DNA of 64,000 nucleotides from Candidatus Poribacteria bacterium (GTDB taxonomy: Bacteria; Poribacteria; WGA-4E; WGA-3G): contig CBDANF010000003.1 of the NCBI GenBank assembly GCA_965197475.1, positions 2,112,001 through 2,176,000 of the forward strand. The letters are read 5' to 3'. The notes below the pieces were generated by a model that searched no databases, had not been told where the DNA came from, and was given only the letters and a program-made list of their open reading frames with translations. The position numbers and the translations under genes are program-made. Of this stretch, positions 1 to 11,024 are shown one piece after another (positions within the stretch are counted from its first letter, which is position 1; each line of letters begins with the position of its first letter).

Positions 1-358
1 TTCGGAGTGCTTCCCAACTATACTGCTGCGGAATATAAAAACGGACAATTGGGTCGTCGCGATCCGTTTTAAGTGCGTCTTCATGGTCTGCTGCAATAAT
101 CTCTCGTGCGACCGCTTCATCACCGAATACCTCAACATGTTTTGCAAACTCATCATCAAACACATCGGAGAGTCGTTTATAAAAGATTAGCGGTAAGATG
201 AAATCTTTGAATTTTGGTGCATCGGTTGCGCCGCGTATCACACAAGCAGCATCCCATAGCCAAGTTTCAAGTGTGGATATATCTAAATGTTCCTCGTTTT
301 CAGATTCCAAGGGGAGTGTGGTTTGGGTGTTGTCGGTTGGGGTTTTCTTTTTCGGCAA
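1..358 (-). CDS. hsdM: Type I restriction-modification methyltransferase subunit M, N-terminal part (continues beyond window start)
   Basis: Manual translation from TTG at 358: LPKKKTPTDN...LETWLWDAACVIRGATDAPKFKDFILPLIFYKRLSDVFDDE...FYIPQQYSWEALR. This matches the HsdM N-terminal signature (LWxAAxxLRG, FKDFILPLIFYKRLSD). Not in the ORF track because it is truncated. Confidence 0.85.
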   Translation of the reverse strand, partial: MPKKKTPTDNTQTTLPLESENEEHLDISTLETWLWDAACVIRGATDAPKFKDFILPLIFYKRLSDVFDDEFAKHVEVFGDEAVAREIIAADHEDALKTDRDDPIVRFYIPQQYSWEALR

Positions 359-449
359 GGGACATGCTCCTTCGGTTTTTGTGCTATAACTTTTCTGTAG
401 ATGAAATTATAACATCTTTTCTACAAAAAAGCAATTCCAACAATTTCTC

Positions 450-478
450 TTGCAAACAAAACCTAAATTGCGTATACT
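450..478 (+). promoter_or_regulatory. Putative sigma70 promoter of pcrA
   Basis: TTGCAA (450-455), 17-nt spacer, TATACT (473-478), about 40 nt upstream of the pcrA start. Confidence 0.5.
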
Positions 479-517
479 TTATACAATGCTATCAACCCAC
501 ATCAGCGGAGATATTTC

Positions 518-2674
518 TTGAAGGATAATCTATTAAGTAACTTAAACAGTGTTCAACGAGAGGCTGTCCAACACACCGAAGGACCGCTCCTTATCCTATC
601 CGGTGCGGGGAGCGGCAAAACGCGCGTGATTACCCATCGCGTCGCATATCTCATTAAACACCACCGTGTTTCTCCCTTCCGCATTCTCGCTGTAACGTTT
701 ACCAATAAGGCAGCGAACGAAATGAAAGAACGTTTGGATGGACTCGTTGGGGAGGGAATGAATAAAAACCTGTGGGTTGCCACCTTCCACGCGACCTGCG
801 CGCGAATCCTACGCCGAGATATTGAGCAATTAGATGGCTTTACCCGTAGTTTTACAATATACGATAAAAGTGAGCAACTTACAGTTGTAAAAGATATTCT
901 CAGGCAGCACGGATTAGATGACAAACAGTATAATCCACGGACCATTCACGATCTGGTCTGTAAAGCAAAAAACAATTTCATAAAACCATCTACTTATGCG
1001 AACACAGCTGACGGTTTCTATGAAAAGATTGTTGCAAAAATATACCCCATGTATCAGGACACGCTTCGCAAAAACAACGCTTTGGATTTCGATGATCTGC
1101 TCAACTTTACAGTAGAACTTTTTAAAAAATATCCAGATGTTCTTGAATACTATCAAGAAAGGTTTGAACATGTGCTTGTAGATGAGTATCAGGACACAAA
1201 CCACTGCCAATATGAATTGGTGCGTTTTTTGGCTGGTGAAAAACAGAATGTGTGTGTCGTTGGGGACGATGACCAATCGATCTACAGTTTTCGAGGGGCA
1301 GACATCCATAACATACTCAATTTTGAAAACGATTATCCAAATACTTGTGTCCTCCGTTTAGAGCAGAATTACCGTTCAACCCAAAATATCTTAGAAGCAG
1401 CATGGAGCGTTGTTCAAAACAACAAAGGACGTAAAGAGAAAAAACTTTGGACAAAAAATGATGAGGGAGAACTTCTCACCTGCTATGAAGCGATTGATGA
1501 ACGGGACGAGGCAGGTTTCGTGGGTACAAAGATAGAGGATTGGCATGCAGAAGGGGTTGATTATAAGGATTTTGCGATCTTTTATCGGACGAATGCACAA
1601 TCCCGTATCTTTGAGGAAGCACTTCGTTCTGCGAATATACCCTATCAGATTGTTGGTGGGTTGGGTTTTTACGACCGGATGGAAATAAAGGATTTGATCG
1701 CTTATCTCCGCGTCATGTGCAATCCGCGCGACTCAATGAGTGTCAGACGTATTATTAACGTCCCAAGTCGAGGTATTGGTGCAACATCACTTGAGCGACT
1801 CATGAATTTTGCGGATAATCAAGAAATTCCACTTTTTGAAGCTGTCCAACGCGTTGACGAAATCGAAACGATTAACAGCGGCATCAAAGGAAAAATCCGC
1901 CGCTTTGCTAAAATATTTGATGAGTTTGACGGAGATGACCTACCCGCTGATGCGCTTGGGCATGTTTTAGAAACGACAGGTTATCTTGAAAACTTTAAAG
2001 GGCAACGTTCAATAGAGGCACAGAATCGGGTTGAAAATATTGAGGAACTGCGGAACGCTGTTTACGAATATGAAATGATCGCTGAGGAGCCGACACTTTC
2101 GGATTATTTAGAAAATGTTGCGCTCATAGCCGATATTGACACGATGCAAACAGATGATGATACAGATGAAACAAATATCGTGACACTGATGACTTTGCAC
2201 AGCGCAAAAGGGTTAGAATTTCCTTTCGTTTTCATCGTCGGTATGGAGGAAGGATTTCTACCACATAAAAATTCCATGAATTCAGAACCGGAATTAGAAG
2301 AGGAACGTAGGGTCTGTTATGTTGGAATCACGCGTGCGATGGAGCAGCTTTTTCTCGTGCATGCACAATCGCGTAGAACTTGGAGTGGTGCTGAGTATAG
2401 AGTCCCATCCCGTTTCATTGAGGAAATTTCGCCACACCTTATTAAGCAAGTTGATCGATACAATTCTGCGTTTTCTCAACCAGAAATCAGTTACGTTGAA
2501 GAGGAGCAGGTAGACTTTTACAAGGTTGATCAGATTGTACATCACCCGAGTTTTGGACGAGGAAAGGTAACCAAACTCAGTGGTTCCGGCTTGAATACTT
2601 ATGTGACAGTTCGGTTCGACCGTGCTGGCTCTAAGAAATTTGCTGCTGCGTTGGCACCGCTGCAAACAGTTTAA
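518..2674 (+). CDS. pcrA: ATP-dependent DNA helicase PcrA/UvrD
   Basis: GAGSGKT, VDEYQDTN, VGDDDQSIYSFRG, LEQNYRS, TLHSAKGLEF and EERRVCYVGITRA motifs; C-terminal Tudor-like HPSFGRG. Confidence 0.95.
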   Translation: MKDNLLSNLNSVQREAVQHTEGPLLILSGAGSGKTRVITHRVAYLIKHHRVSPFRILAVTFTNKAANEMKERLDGLVGEGMNKNLWVATFHATCARILRRDIEQLDGFTRSFTIYDKSEQLTVVKDILRQHGLDDKQYNPRTIHDLVCKAKNNFIKPSTYANTADGFYEKIVAKIYPMYQDTLRKNNALDFDDLLNFTVELFKKYPDVLEYYQERFEHVLVDEYQDTNHCQYELVRFLAGEKQNVCVVGDDDQSIYSFRGADIHNILNFENDYPNTCVLRLEQNYRSTQNILEAAWSVVQNNKGRKEKKLWTKNDEGELLTCYEAIDERDEAGFVGTKIEDWHAEGVDYKDFAIFYRTNAQSRIFEEALRSANIPYQIVGGLGFYDRMEIKDLIAYLRVMCNPRDSMSVRRIINVPSRGIGATSLERLMNFADNQEIPLFEAVQRVDEIETINSGIKGKIRRFAKIFDEFDGDDLPADALGHVLETTGYLENFKGQRSIEAQNRVENIEELRNAVYEYEMIAEEPTLSDYLENVALIADIDTMQTDDDTDETNIVTLMTLHSAKGLEFPFVFIVGMEEGFLPHKNSMNSEPELEEERRVCYVGITRAMEQLFLVHAQSRRTWSGAEYRVPSRFIEEISPHLIKQVDRYNSAFSQPEISYVEEEQVDFYKVDQIVHHPSFGRGKVTKLSGSGLNTYVTVRFDRAGSKKFAAALAPLQTV

Positions 2675-2736
2675 CATTCTTTTTCGGAACGTTTTGTAAA
2701 TCCAAGTGTAAATTAAAAGAAAGGATTCCAAATTAC

Positions 2737-3033
2737 ATGGCAACTATCACCACCGATGGCATCCGACACGTTGCAAACTTAGCACGTCTCGAATTTAATG
2801 AGGAAGAGACACAACATTTCACTGAACAACTTACCAGAATCTTGGACTATATCGGAAAGTTGAATGAATTGGATACGGATGACGTTCCACCGACATCACA
2901 TATCCATCCGCTTCACAATATAACTAAGGCAGATGTCGTCAAAACCTCGTTACCGCGCGATGCGGTTCTTGCGAACGCACCTGAGCCAGAAGAAGGGTAT
3001 TTCGGTGTGCCCAGAGTAATTGATACTGATTAA
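2737..3033 (+). CDS. gatC: Asp/Glu-tRNA amidotransferase subunit C
   Basis: HVANLARL...LANAP...YFGVPRV; directly upstream of gatA. Confidence 0.95.
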   Translation: MATITTDGIRHVANLARLEFNEEETQHFTEQLTRILDYIGKLNELDTDDVPPTSHIHPLHNITKADVVKTSLPRDAVLANAPEPEEGYFGVPRVIDTD

Positions 3034-3046
3034 GGAGCAGAATTGA

Positions 3047-4525
3047 ATGTCGCTTTACCAATTGACAGCACACGAACTACACGATAAACTCAAGGCACGT
3101 GAAATCACTGCTGTAGAATTGACCGAATCCGTTTATAAGCGAATTGAGTCGGTAGAACCACACGTCAAAGGTTACTTGACGTTAACCAAAGAGATTGCGT
3201 TGGCGCAAGCGAACGCTGCAGACATAGGATTTCAAAATGGCGATGAGATGCCGCCCCTTGCTGGCATTCCTATTGCTATTAAAGATGTGATATGCACCAA
3301 AGATGTTCGGACAACCTGTGCTTCAAAAATCCTGAGCAACTTTGTGCCACCTTACGATGCAACTGTCATGACAAAACTGCATCAACAAGGTGTTGTGATG
3401 GTAGGCAAAACGAACATGGACGAATTTGCGATGGGGTCATCTACCGAAAATTCTGCATATCAGATTACACACAATCCGTGGGATCTGGAAACGATTCCCG
3501 GTGGGTCAAGTGGCGGTTCAGCAGCGGTTGTGTCCGCGGACACAGCAATTTGTTCGTTAGGGTCAGATACAGGAGGCTCTATTCGTCAGCCTGCAGCACT
3601 CTGCGGCGTTGTCGGTATGAAACCGACTTATGGTCGTATTTCCCGCTACGGACTAATAGCGTTCGCCTCTTCGCTTGACCAGATCGGTCCGTTTACCAAA
3701 GACGTGACAGATTGTGCGCTGATTCTCAACGCCCTCTGTGGAAATGACGAAATGGATTCGACTTCCGTTGATGTTCCTGTTCCAGATTTCACACAGAGTC
3801 TCATCAATGATGTCCAAAGTTTGAGAATAGGCGTACCAAAGGAGTATTTCACAGAAGGTTTAGATACAGAAGTGGCGGATCAAGTGTATGCCGCTATCGC
3901 AGCGTTGGAAAAACAGGGTGCGTCCGTACAAGAGATTTCTCTACCGCATACCGAGTATGCCATCGCTACGTATTATATAATAGCACCAGCTGAAGCGAGC
4001 GCGAACCTTGCGAGATATGATGGTGTCCGTTACGGCTACCGGACTGAAGAACCCGCAGACCTGATTAATATGTATAAAAAAACACGTAGCGAAGGTTTCG
4101 GGCAAGAGGTAAAACGCCGTATTATGCTTGGTACTTTTGCACTAAGTGCAGGATACCAAGATGCCTATTACCGCAAGGCACAGAAGGCGAGGACGCTTAT
4201 TAAGTCAGATTTTGATGCTGCATTTGAGAAGGTTGATGTAATTGCAACGCCGACCTCGCCGACACCTGCATTTAAAATCGGTGAACGAACTGCGGATCCG
4301 TTGCAGATGTACCTGTGCGATGTAATGACAACACCTGCGAGTCATGCGGGGTTACCGGGTATTTCTGTTCCATGCGGTTTTGTAAAAAATGGCTTACCTG
4401 TAGGTTTGCAGCTTCTAACAGCCCCCTTTGCAGAGGAAACTCTTTTACGCGTTGCCTATACCTTTGAGCAAAACACTGATCACCATTTACAAAAGCCTGA
4501 AATATTGAACGCTAAAGGAAAATAA
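3047..4525 (+). CDS. gatA: Asp/Glu-tRNA amidotransferase subunit A
   Basis: Amidase signature [41 protein letters not shown]. Confidence 0.97.
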   Translation: MSLYQLTAHELHDKLKAREITAVELTESVYKRIESVEPHVKGYLTLTKEIALAQANAADIGFQNGDEMPPLAGIPIAIKDVICTKDVRTTCASKILSNFVPPYDATVMTKLHQQGVVMVGKTNMDEFAMGSSTENSAYQITHNPWDLETIPGGSSGGSAAVVSADTAICSLGSDTGGSIRQPAALCGVVGMKPTYGRISRYGLIAFASSLDQIGPFTKDVTDCALILNALCGNDEMDSTSVDVPVPDFTQSLINDVQSLRIGVPKEYFTEGLDTEVADQVYAAIAALEKQGASVQEISLPHTEYAIATYYIIAPAEASANLARYDGVRYGYRTEEPADLINMYKKTRSEGFGQEVKRRIMLGTFALSAGYQDAYYRKAQKARTLIKSDFDAAFEKVDVIATPTSPTPAFKIGERTADPLQMYLCDVMTTPASHAGLPGISVPCGFVKNGLPVGLQLLTAPFAEETLLRVAYTFEQNTDHHLQKPEILNAKGK

Positions 4526-5013
4526 TGAAGATAATAACTGCCCCTTTAGGTGGACTCATCGGTGCGATATTAGGCGGTATCCTCTGGGCAAAATATATTC
4601 AGTGGACAGGCAACACGGCTGGCTTCGTTGCTATTGGTATCGGAGCATTGACGGGGATAGGGATGCTTCTAACCAGTACCCGCGCCATTGATCCAAATGT
4701 AAAAAAGCATTGGGTGATGGTTTCAATCGCTGCAGCACTTTTCTCTGTTATTGGCATCTTTATTGGCAAAGACCTTGACGTTCAGTGGAATGCGGTCACA
4801 CAAATTACTGAACAACTTATGCAAGAGCGAAACCTATCCATAGAGCAAGCTACACCCATTGCCAAAAACTTATTTGGTGGATTCTCAAAATGGGAGCTTA
4901 TGCAAGAGCGTATGGACTGGTTTGATTGGGTCTATGGTGCCATCGCTGTCTTTGTCGCTATTTACATCACATTGACCCCATGGTTACGAAACTTTTTTAC
5001 CAAATTTGATTAA
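4525..5013 (+). CDS. Hypothetical membrane protein (about 4 TM helices)
   Basis: Gly-rich hydrophobic segments; start overlaps the gatA stop (TAATG). Confidence 0.75.
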   Translation: MKIITAPLGGLIGAILGGILWAKYIQWTGNTAGFVAIGIGALTGIGMLLTSTRAIDPNVKKHWVMVSIAAALFSVIGIFIGKDLDVQWNAVTQITEQLMQERNLSIEQATPIAKNLFGGFSKWELMQERMDWFDWVYGAIAVFVAIYITLTPWLRNFFTKFD

Positions 5014-5068
5014 AATTAGGTCAAATTTGTCTCTGCTATACCTGCTATACATTAAAATGGAGTTAAAA

Positions 5069-6484
5069 ATGAAAAAAAATTGTATTTGCATCATGGTTTT
5101 TACTATTCTCATATCGGTTTTCCTACCATTAACTTGGAATTCAGCTCAAGACAAGGATGCAAATGATGATAAACTATTAGAAAATATCGCGCTCTTTTCT
5201 GAAATATTGGCTTATATTAACCAAGAACACCTTGATAATCCGGATGAGAAGGAACTGATGGAGGGTGCAATAAAAGGTATGCTCCGCACTTTGGACCCAT
5301 ACAGCCAATTCATTCCCGACCAGATTGCATTTAGCACACAAAACCGAGGGAATTATGGCGGACTCGGCATGATGGTTGGAATCCGTGATGATGTGATTAC
5401 CGTCATTACACCTTTTGAAGGTAATCCTGCTGCGCTTGCCGGTGTCCAAAGCGGCGATATTATCAGTCAGATTGATGGAGAATCAACAGCAGTCATGACC
5501 TTAGACGACGCGGTTGACCTATTGCGAGGTGAACCCGGTACCTCAGTCTCAATTACCATTATTCGACCAAAGGAAGCTCGTCCGATAGAGCTTACAATCA
5601 CGCGGGAAGTGATTCGAACCCCAAGCGTCAAAAAAGAAATTATCGGTGATAATATCGGATATATCAAAATTAATAGTTTCCTTGAAACTACAGCTAAAGA
5701 CGTTGATACAGCTTTTGAAGAATTCAATCAGCACAACATCAACGGTATCATCCTTGATCTGCGCTTAAATCCTGGCGGACTTCTCGGCTCCGCTGTTGAG
5801 ATTGCAAGTGATTTTCTGGAACCCGGCCAACTCGTTGTTTATAGTCAAGGGCTTGAAGCTGAAGATCGTGAAGACTTCCTCGCGAAAGGTCAAGTAAGGG
5901 AAAAACTACCATTGATTGTCTTGGTTGACGGTGGCAGTGCAAGTGCTTCTGAAATTGTTGCTGGTGCGATAAAAGACCACGGTAGGGGCCTTGTCATGGG
6001 CAGTAAAACCTTCGGAAAAGCATCAGTACAAAAGGTTTTTCGACTTAGCAATTCAAAAGCTGCAGTAAAATTGACGGTCGCTCGCTACTATACACCAAAC
6101 GGTATTGATATTGACAAAATCGGTATCATTCCCGATGTTGAAACATCCGGATTTAGCCGTTCTGAACAGCAGATGCAGTTCAAACTCCGCGATAACGCAA
6201 AACTTAAATCGTTTGTTGAAGAAAACGGTGATGACGTTTTAGAAAAACTCGCAGCAGCTGAGCACGCATCCCGTGATGACCGTCAAGCAGCAACACTCTT
6301 ACGAACTTTTAGACGGTTGACTGACGCACTCACCGAGGAACAAATTATCCTCAGCGATATTGGAATTAAGTATGCTATTGCCCAAATTACAGAGAACATT
6401 AGGGATGAACTTGAACATGACCCACAAGTTGGCGCTGCGGCTGAACAACTGAAAGTGATTAAGCTGTTAAATGGGCAGAACTAA
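5069..6484 (+). CDS. ctpA: Carboxyl-terminal processing protease, S41 family with PDZ domain
   Basis: LDPYS, PDZ GLGM, LDLRLNPGG, catalytic SASASE and TFGKASVQ. ATG 5069 follows GGAG and gives a signal peptide (ORF track starts at 5006). Confidence 0.92.
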   Translation: MKKNCICIMVFTILISVFLPLTWNSAQDKDANDDKLLENIALFSEILAYINQEHLDNPDEKELMEGAIKGMLRTLDPYSQFIPDQIAFSTQNRGNYGGLGMMVGIRDDVITVITPFEGNPAALAGVQSGDIISQIDGESTAVMTLDDAVDLLRGEPGTSVSITIIRPKEARPIELTITREVIRTPSVKKEIIGDNIGYIKINSFLETTAKDVDTAFEEFNQHNINGIILDLRLNPGGLLGSAVEIASDFLEPGQLVVYSQGLEAEDREDFLAKGQVREKLPLIVLVDGGSASASEIVAGAIKDHGRGLVMGSKTFGKASVQKVFRLSNSKAAVKLTVARYYTPNGIDIDKIGIIPDVETSGFSRSEQQMQFKLRDNAKLKSFVEENGDDVLEKLAAAEHASRDDRQAATLLRTFRRLTDALTEEQIILSDIGIKYAIAQITENIRDELEHDPQVGAAAEQLKVIKLLNGQN

Positions 6485-6597
6485 TCAGATTACCTGATTG
6501 ATGAAATGGTTATTTCTGCAGAAACGAATCTGATAAATGGGCGAATTTAGGTAGATAGACCTGACCACCGTCCTATAAGCAGGAAGATAGGAACTTG

Positions 6598-8055
6598 ATG
6601 AACCTACAAATGCCGATCCGAAATTACATCAACAACACATGGCAAGAATCTGCGGCAGCCGAACTGCTTGATGTTACCAATCCTGCCACCGGTGAGGTGC
6701 TGACTCAGGTTCCACTTTCACCTTCAGAAGAGGTTGTTCAAGCTGCAACAGCCGCAGTGAGTGCATTTGACGAATGGCGACGTACCCCGCCTGTGCAACG
6801 TGTGCAATACCTTTTCAAATTGAAGAATCTCCTTGAGGAAAACCTTGACGATATTGCGCAGACCATTACAATGGAGTGCGGAAAAACGGTTGCAGAAGCG
6901 AAAGGCGAAATGCACCGTGCCATCGAAAACGTTGAAGTCGCGTGCGGCATCCCTATGCTCATGCAAGGCACTAATTTAGAGGACATCGCTACCGGTATTG
7001 ACGAATTTATGATCCGTCAACCTGTGGGAGTCTGTGCAGTTATCGCACCATTCAATTTCCCTGGAATGATAACTTTCTGGTTTCTGCCGTATGCCATTGC
7101 TTGCGGAAATACCTACATCGTTAAACCTTCTGAAAAGGTGCCGCTTACCATGCAAAAGATATTTGGACTGCTGGAACAGACAGGTCTGCCTCAAGGTGTC
7201 GTCAATCTTGTGAACGGTGGACAGGAAACTGTGAATGCCATCTTGGAGCATCCCGAAATCCGCGCTATTAGTTTTGTCGGGTCAACAGCAACTGCGAAAG
7301 CAATCTATGCCAAAGCCGCAGCAAATGGGAAACGGGTTCAGTGCCAAGGCGGTGCCAAAAATCCATTGATTGTTTTACCAGATGCTGATCCGCAGTTTAC
7401 TGTCAATGCTACCGCTGATAGTGCCTTCGGATGTGCTGGACAGCGGTGCCTCGCTGCATCCCTTGCCTTTGCTGTTGGCGGCGCACGTAACTGGTTTCCT
7501 AAAGCTATCAGTGACACAGCTACGGATAGGATTGTCGGAAACGGATTGGAAAAAGATGTGCAGATGGGACCTGTGATCACACCTGAAAGCCGGAAACGTA
7601 TTGAGGATGTGATTCAGACAGGCATAGATGATGGCGCGCGAATTCTCGTTGATGGTCGATATCCGAACATCCGTGGCGGTGAAAACGGCAACTTTATACG
7701 TCCAACTGTTCTCGGTAATATTGACCCGCAAGGAGAGATTGCAAAAACCGAAATCTTCGGACCCGTTTTAGGACTCATCCATGTTGAAACGATAGACGAT
7801 GCGATCACACTCATCAACAGCGGTAGTTATGGTAATATGGCGTGTCTATTTACAAGCAGTGGTGCGTCTGCGCGCAAGTTTCGCTATGAGGCGCAAATAG
7901 GCAACATCGGCATTAACATAGGTGTTGCCGCACCGATGGCATTTTTCCCGTTTAGCGGTTGGAAAGATAGTTTTTTTGGTGATTTGCACGGGCAGAGTTG
8001 GGATGCCGTTGATTTCTTCACGCAGAAAAAAGTTGTTGCAGAGAGATGGAATTAA
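6598..8055 (+). CDS. mmsA: CoA-acylating methylmalonate/malonate-semialdehyde dehydrogenase
   Basis: [43 protein letters not shown]. Confidence 0.92.
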   Translation: MNLQMPIRNYINNTWQESAAAELLDVTNPATGEVLTQVPLSPSEEVVQAATAAVSAFDEWRRTPPVQRVQYLFKLKNLLEENLDDIAQTITMECGKTVAEAKGEMHRAIENVEVACGIPMLMQGTNLEDIATGIDEFMIRQPVGVCAVIAPFNFPGMITFWFLPYAIACGNTYIVKPSEKVPLTMQKIFGLLEQTGLPQGVVNLVNGGQETVNAILEHPEIRAISFVGSTATAKAIYAKAAANGKRVQCQGGAKNPLIVLPDADPQFTVNATADSAFGCAGQRCLAASLAFAVGGARNWFPKAISDTATDRIVGNGLEKDVQMGPVITPESRKRIEDVIQTGIDDGARILVDGRYPNIRGGENGNFIRPTVLGNIDPQGEIAKTEIFGPVLGLIHVETIDDAITLINSGSYGNMACLFTSSGASARKFRYEAQIGNIGINIGVAAPMAFFPFSGWKDSFFGDLHGQSWDAVDFFTQKKVVAERWN

Positions 8056-8125
8056 TACTACATGTGTATCCTAATTTTTCAACCTCTTAGCGTTAAAAAT
8101 CCTAACAAAAATTAAAGGATACAAA

Positions 8126-9917
8126 ATGAATATGACGAATTTTATTCGCACTGGAAATTATAATATAGGAACAATAATTACAGCAAGTGAAGTAGATTAT
8201 CCAGATACAATAGACAATTTAGAGAAATCTTTATGTACTTTCAATTATAAAGTTATTTTGGGATTCCTTGCTTACATAAATCGTCTTCTTCAACTTCGTG
8301 AAAATTTCTTTGATACTGAAAACCTTCTTCGTAATGCATTCTGCTCACCTATTTTGTTGAATGAAATTGATATAAGGAAGGTAACTGGGTCCTGCATTTT
8401 CAATAGAGAATCAACTCTCCGTTTGCTTACTGAAAGTTCACTACATTGTGTGCTTAATTCTGAGAATAATGCTAACATAGTCGATTTAAAAAATGCATTA
8501 GCAAGATGTTTTTTGATTGCGAATGAGTTTATCATGGATAAGGATGTTACTCCGCAACAGAGTTTAGTAGATGATTCAGAAGAGGACCAGGATGAACTCA
8601 AAAAAGATTTGATGATTTGGGGAATTCAAAGTTTGGAAAATAAGATTGACACTTTTCCTTCGCGTAGCTCAGGTGAAATTATAGTTAGATCTTATGAGTT
8701 GTTGTCTTTACTTGAAGAGACAAACTCAAAAATTGATGTCAATAATGTATTTAAACATTCAACAGGATTGACACTAAAAGAATATTTTCATTTAATTTTG
8801 ATTTTAGTAGGAACATACATATTTCGTGAACCTGACGCAATTTTAAAAGGGGAGGGTTTATTTATTGATCCTAAATCACATTCAAATTTAGCTCCTCTGT
8901 ATGAAAAATTGCTTCCACATGTTTGTATTTCTATAGATGATATTACTGATGAAATTATAAAAACAAACATTAAGGGAAACGAGTTCCGCTTATGGCGGAG
9001 TTTTCCCTTGTAAAAGTAAGTGAGAATAGAATTGTTTGTGTTGATATTGCATTTCTTATGGAAAAAGTTCAAACTGGCATTTATGGGTTGTCCTGAAGCA
9101 ACTTAATAAAATTAATAGGCAAAAGGGAAATGATTTTTTATCTTTATGGGGAAATGTATTTGAAAAGTATGCTTCATCAATTATTGAGCGTGGAATTGAT
9201 TCGCATACTCCTACCGTAGAAAAGTGTACTATTAGTCTGACGTACGTGGGTAGAGGAGACACACAGTGTACTGATGTTATGGTTTACGGTGAGGAAACTC
9301 TCATTTTATTGGAATGCAAAGCGACCATCTTATCTGCTGATGCTAAGTTTAGCGGTGATTTTTGCAAATTGCACAGAGAACTCAAAGAAAAAGTTATTGA
9401 AGGTAAGGAATCTAACAAACCAAAAGGTATAAAGCAACTGTGTAATGCGATCCTATCTCTACTTCAGACAGACGAAACCAAAAGGCAAAGCATTGAAGGA
9501 ATAGATATTTCCAAAGTGAAAAGGGTTTACCCAGTTTTAGTCTTTTTTGATCGCGCATTTTCTGCTCCGCTCATGAATTGGTTTTTAAACTCAGAATTTG
9601 AAAGTATGCTTGAGTACCATGACCTTCTGAAGAACGTACAAATTATGGAACTTACGGTTTTAACTGTAGATAACTTAGAACAATTAGAACCATGTTTGCA
9701 TGACTTACCGTTCCATGTCCATTTAGATAATTGGTTAGAACTTTTTAAACAGGACTGTCGACTTGGATTCAAAGCTTATACATATTCATTGCATGAAACG
9801 GAACCTCGTGAAAACCTGTTAATGAAACAAAGATTTGAAGAAATAGTGACTGAGTACTTTGAGTATTTATCTTCACAAGGTATTAACATTAATTCTAATA
9901 CAACTAGTTCACATTAA
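8126..9917 (+). pseudogene. Frameshifted protein (about 597 aa if repaired) with a C-terminal PD-(D/E)XK nuclease-like domain
   Basis: ORFs 8126-9013 and 9246-9917 join through two single-base frameshifts (~9007, ~9084): ...RSFP/LVKVSENRIVCVDIAFLMEKVQTGIY/WVVLKQL...WGNVFEKY...TDVMVYGEETLILLECKA. Region is AT-rich. Confidence 0.7.
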
Positions 9918-10007
9918 ATTCGTTATTTGTAGTGGAATTTGCTGCTACGTCATGAAAATTGTATTAGGAAAACGTAATTTCCCATAATAATATAATTAGA
10001 CAAAAAT

Positions 10008-10036
10008 TTGACTCGTCTAATTAAATATACTATACT
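10008..10036 (+). promoter_or_regulatory. Putative sigma70 promoter giving a leaderless methyltransferase mRNA
   Basis: TTGACT (10008-13), 17-nt spacer, TATACT (10031-36); ATG 7 nt downstream with no Shine-Dalgarno. Confidence 0.5.
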
Positions 10037-10043
10037 TTTGCCA

Positions 10044-11024
10044 ATGAATAATTTTAGTTTCATTGACCTCTTTGCTGGAATCGGTGGAATTCGTATTCCA
10101 TTTGAAAAATTGGGTGGAACGTGTGTATTTAGTTCCGAGTGGGATAAACATGCGCAACAAACTTACAAACGTAATTTTGGTGAAACCCCTGCTGGTGACA
10201 TTACCAAAATTGACGAAGTCGATATCCCGGACCACGATGTTTTACTGGCCGGTTTTCCCTGCCAACCTTTTAGTATTATTGGGGATAAACAGGGTTTTGA
10301 AGACACACGCGGCACGTTGTTTTTTGACATCGCTCGAATTTTGAACCAGAAACAACCGAGGGCGTTTCTCCTTGAAAATGTCAAGCAGCTGCTCACCCAT
10401 GATAATGGACGAACCTGTGCTATTATACAGGAACAACTTTCGTTGCTTGGTTATACTACTTATCATGCAGTGTTGAATGCTTTGGACTTTGGATTGCCAC
10501 AGAAACGGGAACGGATTTTTATTGTCGGCTTTCGAAAACCGATTGCGTTTTATTTCCCAAAAGGGACTGGCATGTACACACCTCTGTCAGAGATTCTTGA
10601 ACCTGATGAAGATATTGATCCTAGTTTGTTTGCATCAGCGAGAATCTGTGAATCGAGACGTGAGAAGTGCAAGAGGGAACCGTTTTACCCTTCAATTTGG
10701 CATGAAAACAAGGGTGGTAACATTTCTGTGTTACCTTATTCGTGTGCGTTAAGGGCGGGAGCTTCCTATAATTATCTTTTAGTCAACGGTGTTCGACGTC
10801 CTTCTCCGAGAGAACTCCTGCGACTACAAGGCTTTCCTGAAGATTTTGAAATTGTAGGGAATACTACACAATTTAGGAAACAAATTGGAAATAGTGTAGC
10901 TATTCCTGTAGTTGATGCCATCGCGCAAAAAATGTTGGAAGCATTACATGAACATAAATCTGCAATTTTATACGGAGAACAATTATCTCTATTAGAAAAT
11001 AGTAGTAATATACACAATGAATAA
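10044..11024 (+). CDS. DNA (cytosine-5) methyltransferase of a HaeII-like type II RM system
   Basis: FIDLFAGIGG (I), GFPCQPFS (IV), LENV (VI), PQKRERIFIVG (VIII), RELLRLQGFP, QIGNSV. ATG at 10044 (ORF track starts at 10008). Confidence 0.95.
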   Translation: MNNFSFIDLFAGIGGIRIPFEKLGGTCVFSSEWDKHAQQTYKRNFGETPAGDITKIDEVDIPDHDVLLAGFPCQPFSIIGDKQGFEDTRGTLFFDIARILNQKQPRAFLLENVKQLLTHDNGRTCAIIQEQLSLLGYTTYHAVLNALDFGLPQKRERIFIVGFRKPIAFYFPKGTGMYTPLSEILEPDEDIDPSLFASARICESRREKCKREPFYPSIWHENKGGNISVLPYSCALRAGASYNYLLVNGVRRPSPRELLRLQGFPEDFEIVGNTTQFRKQIGNSVAIPVVDAIAQKMLEALHEHKSAILYGEQLSLLENSSNIHNE

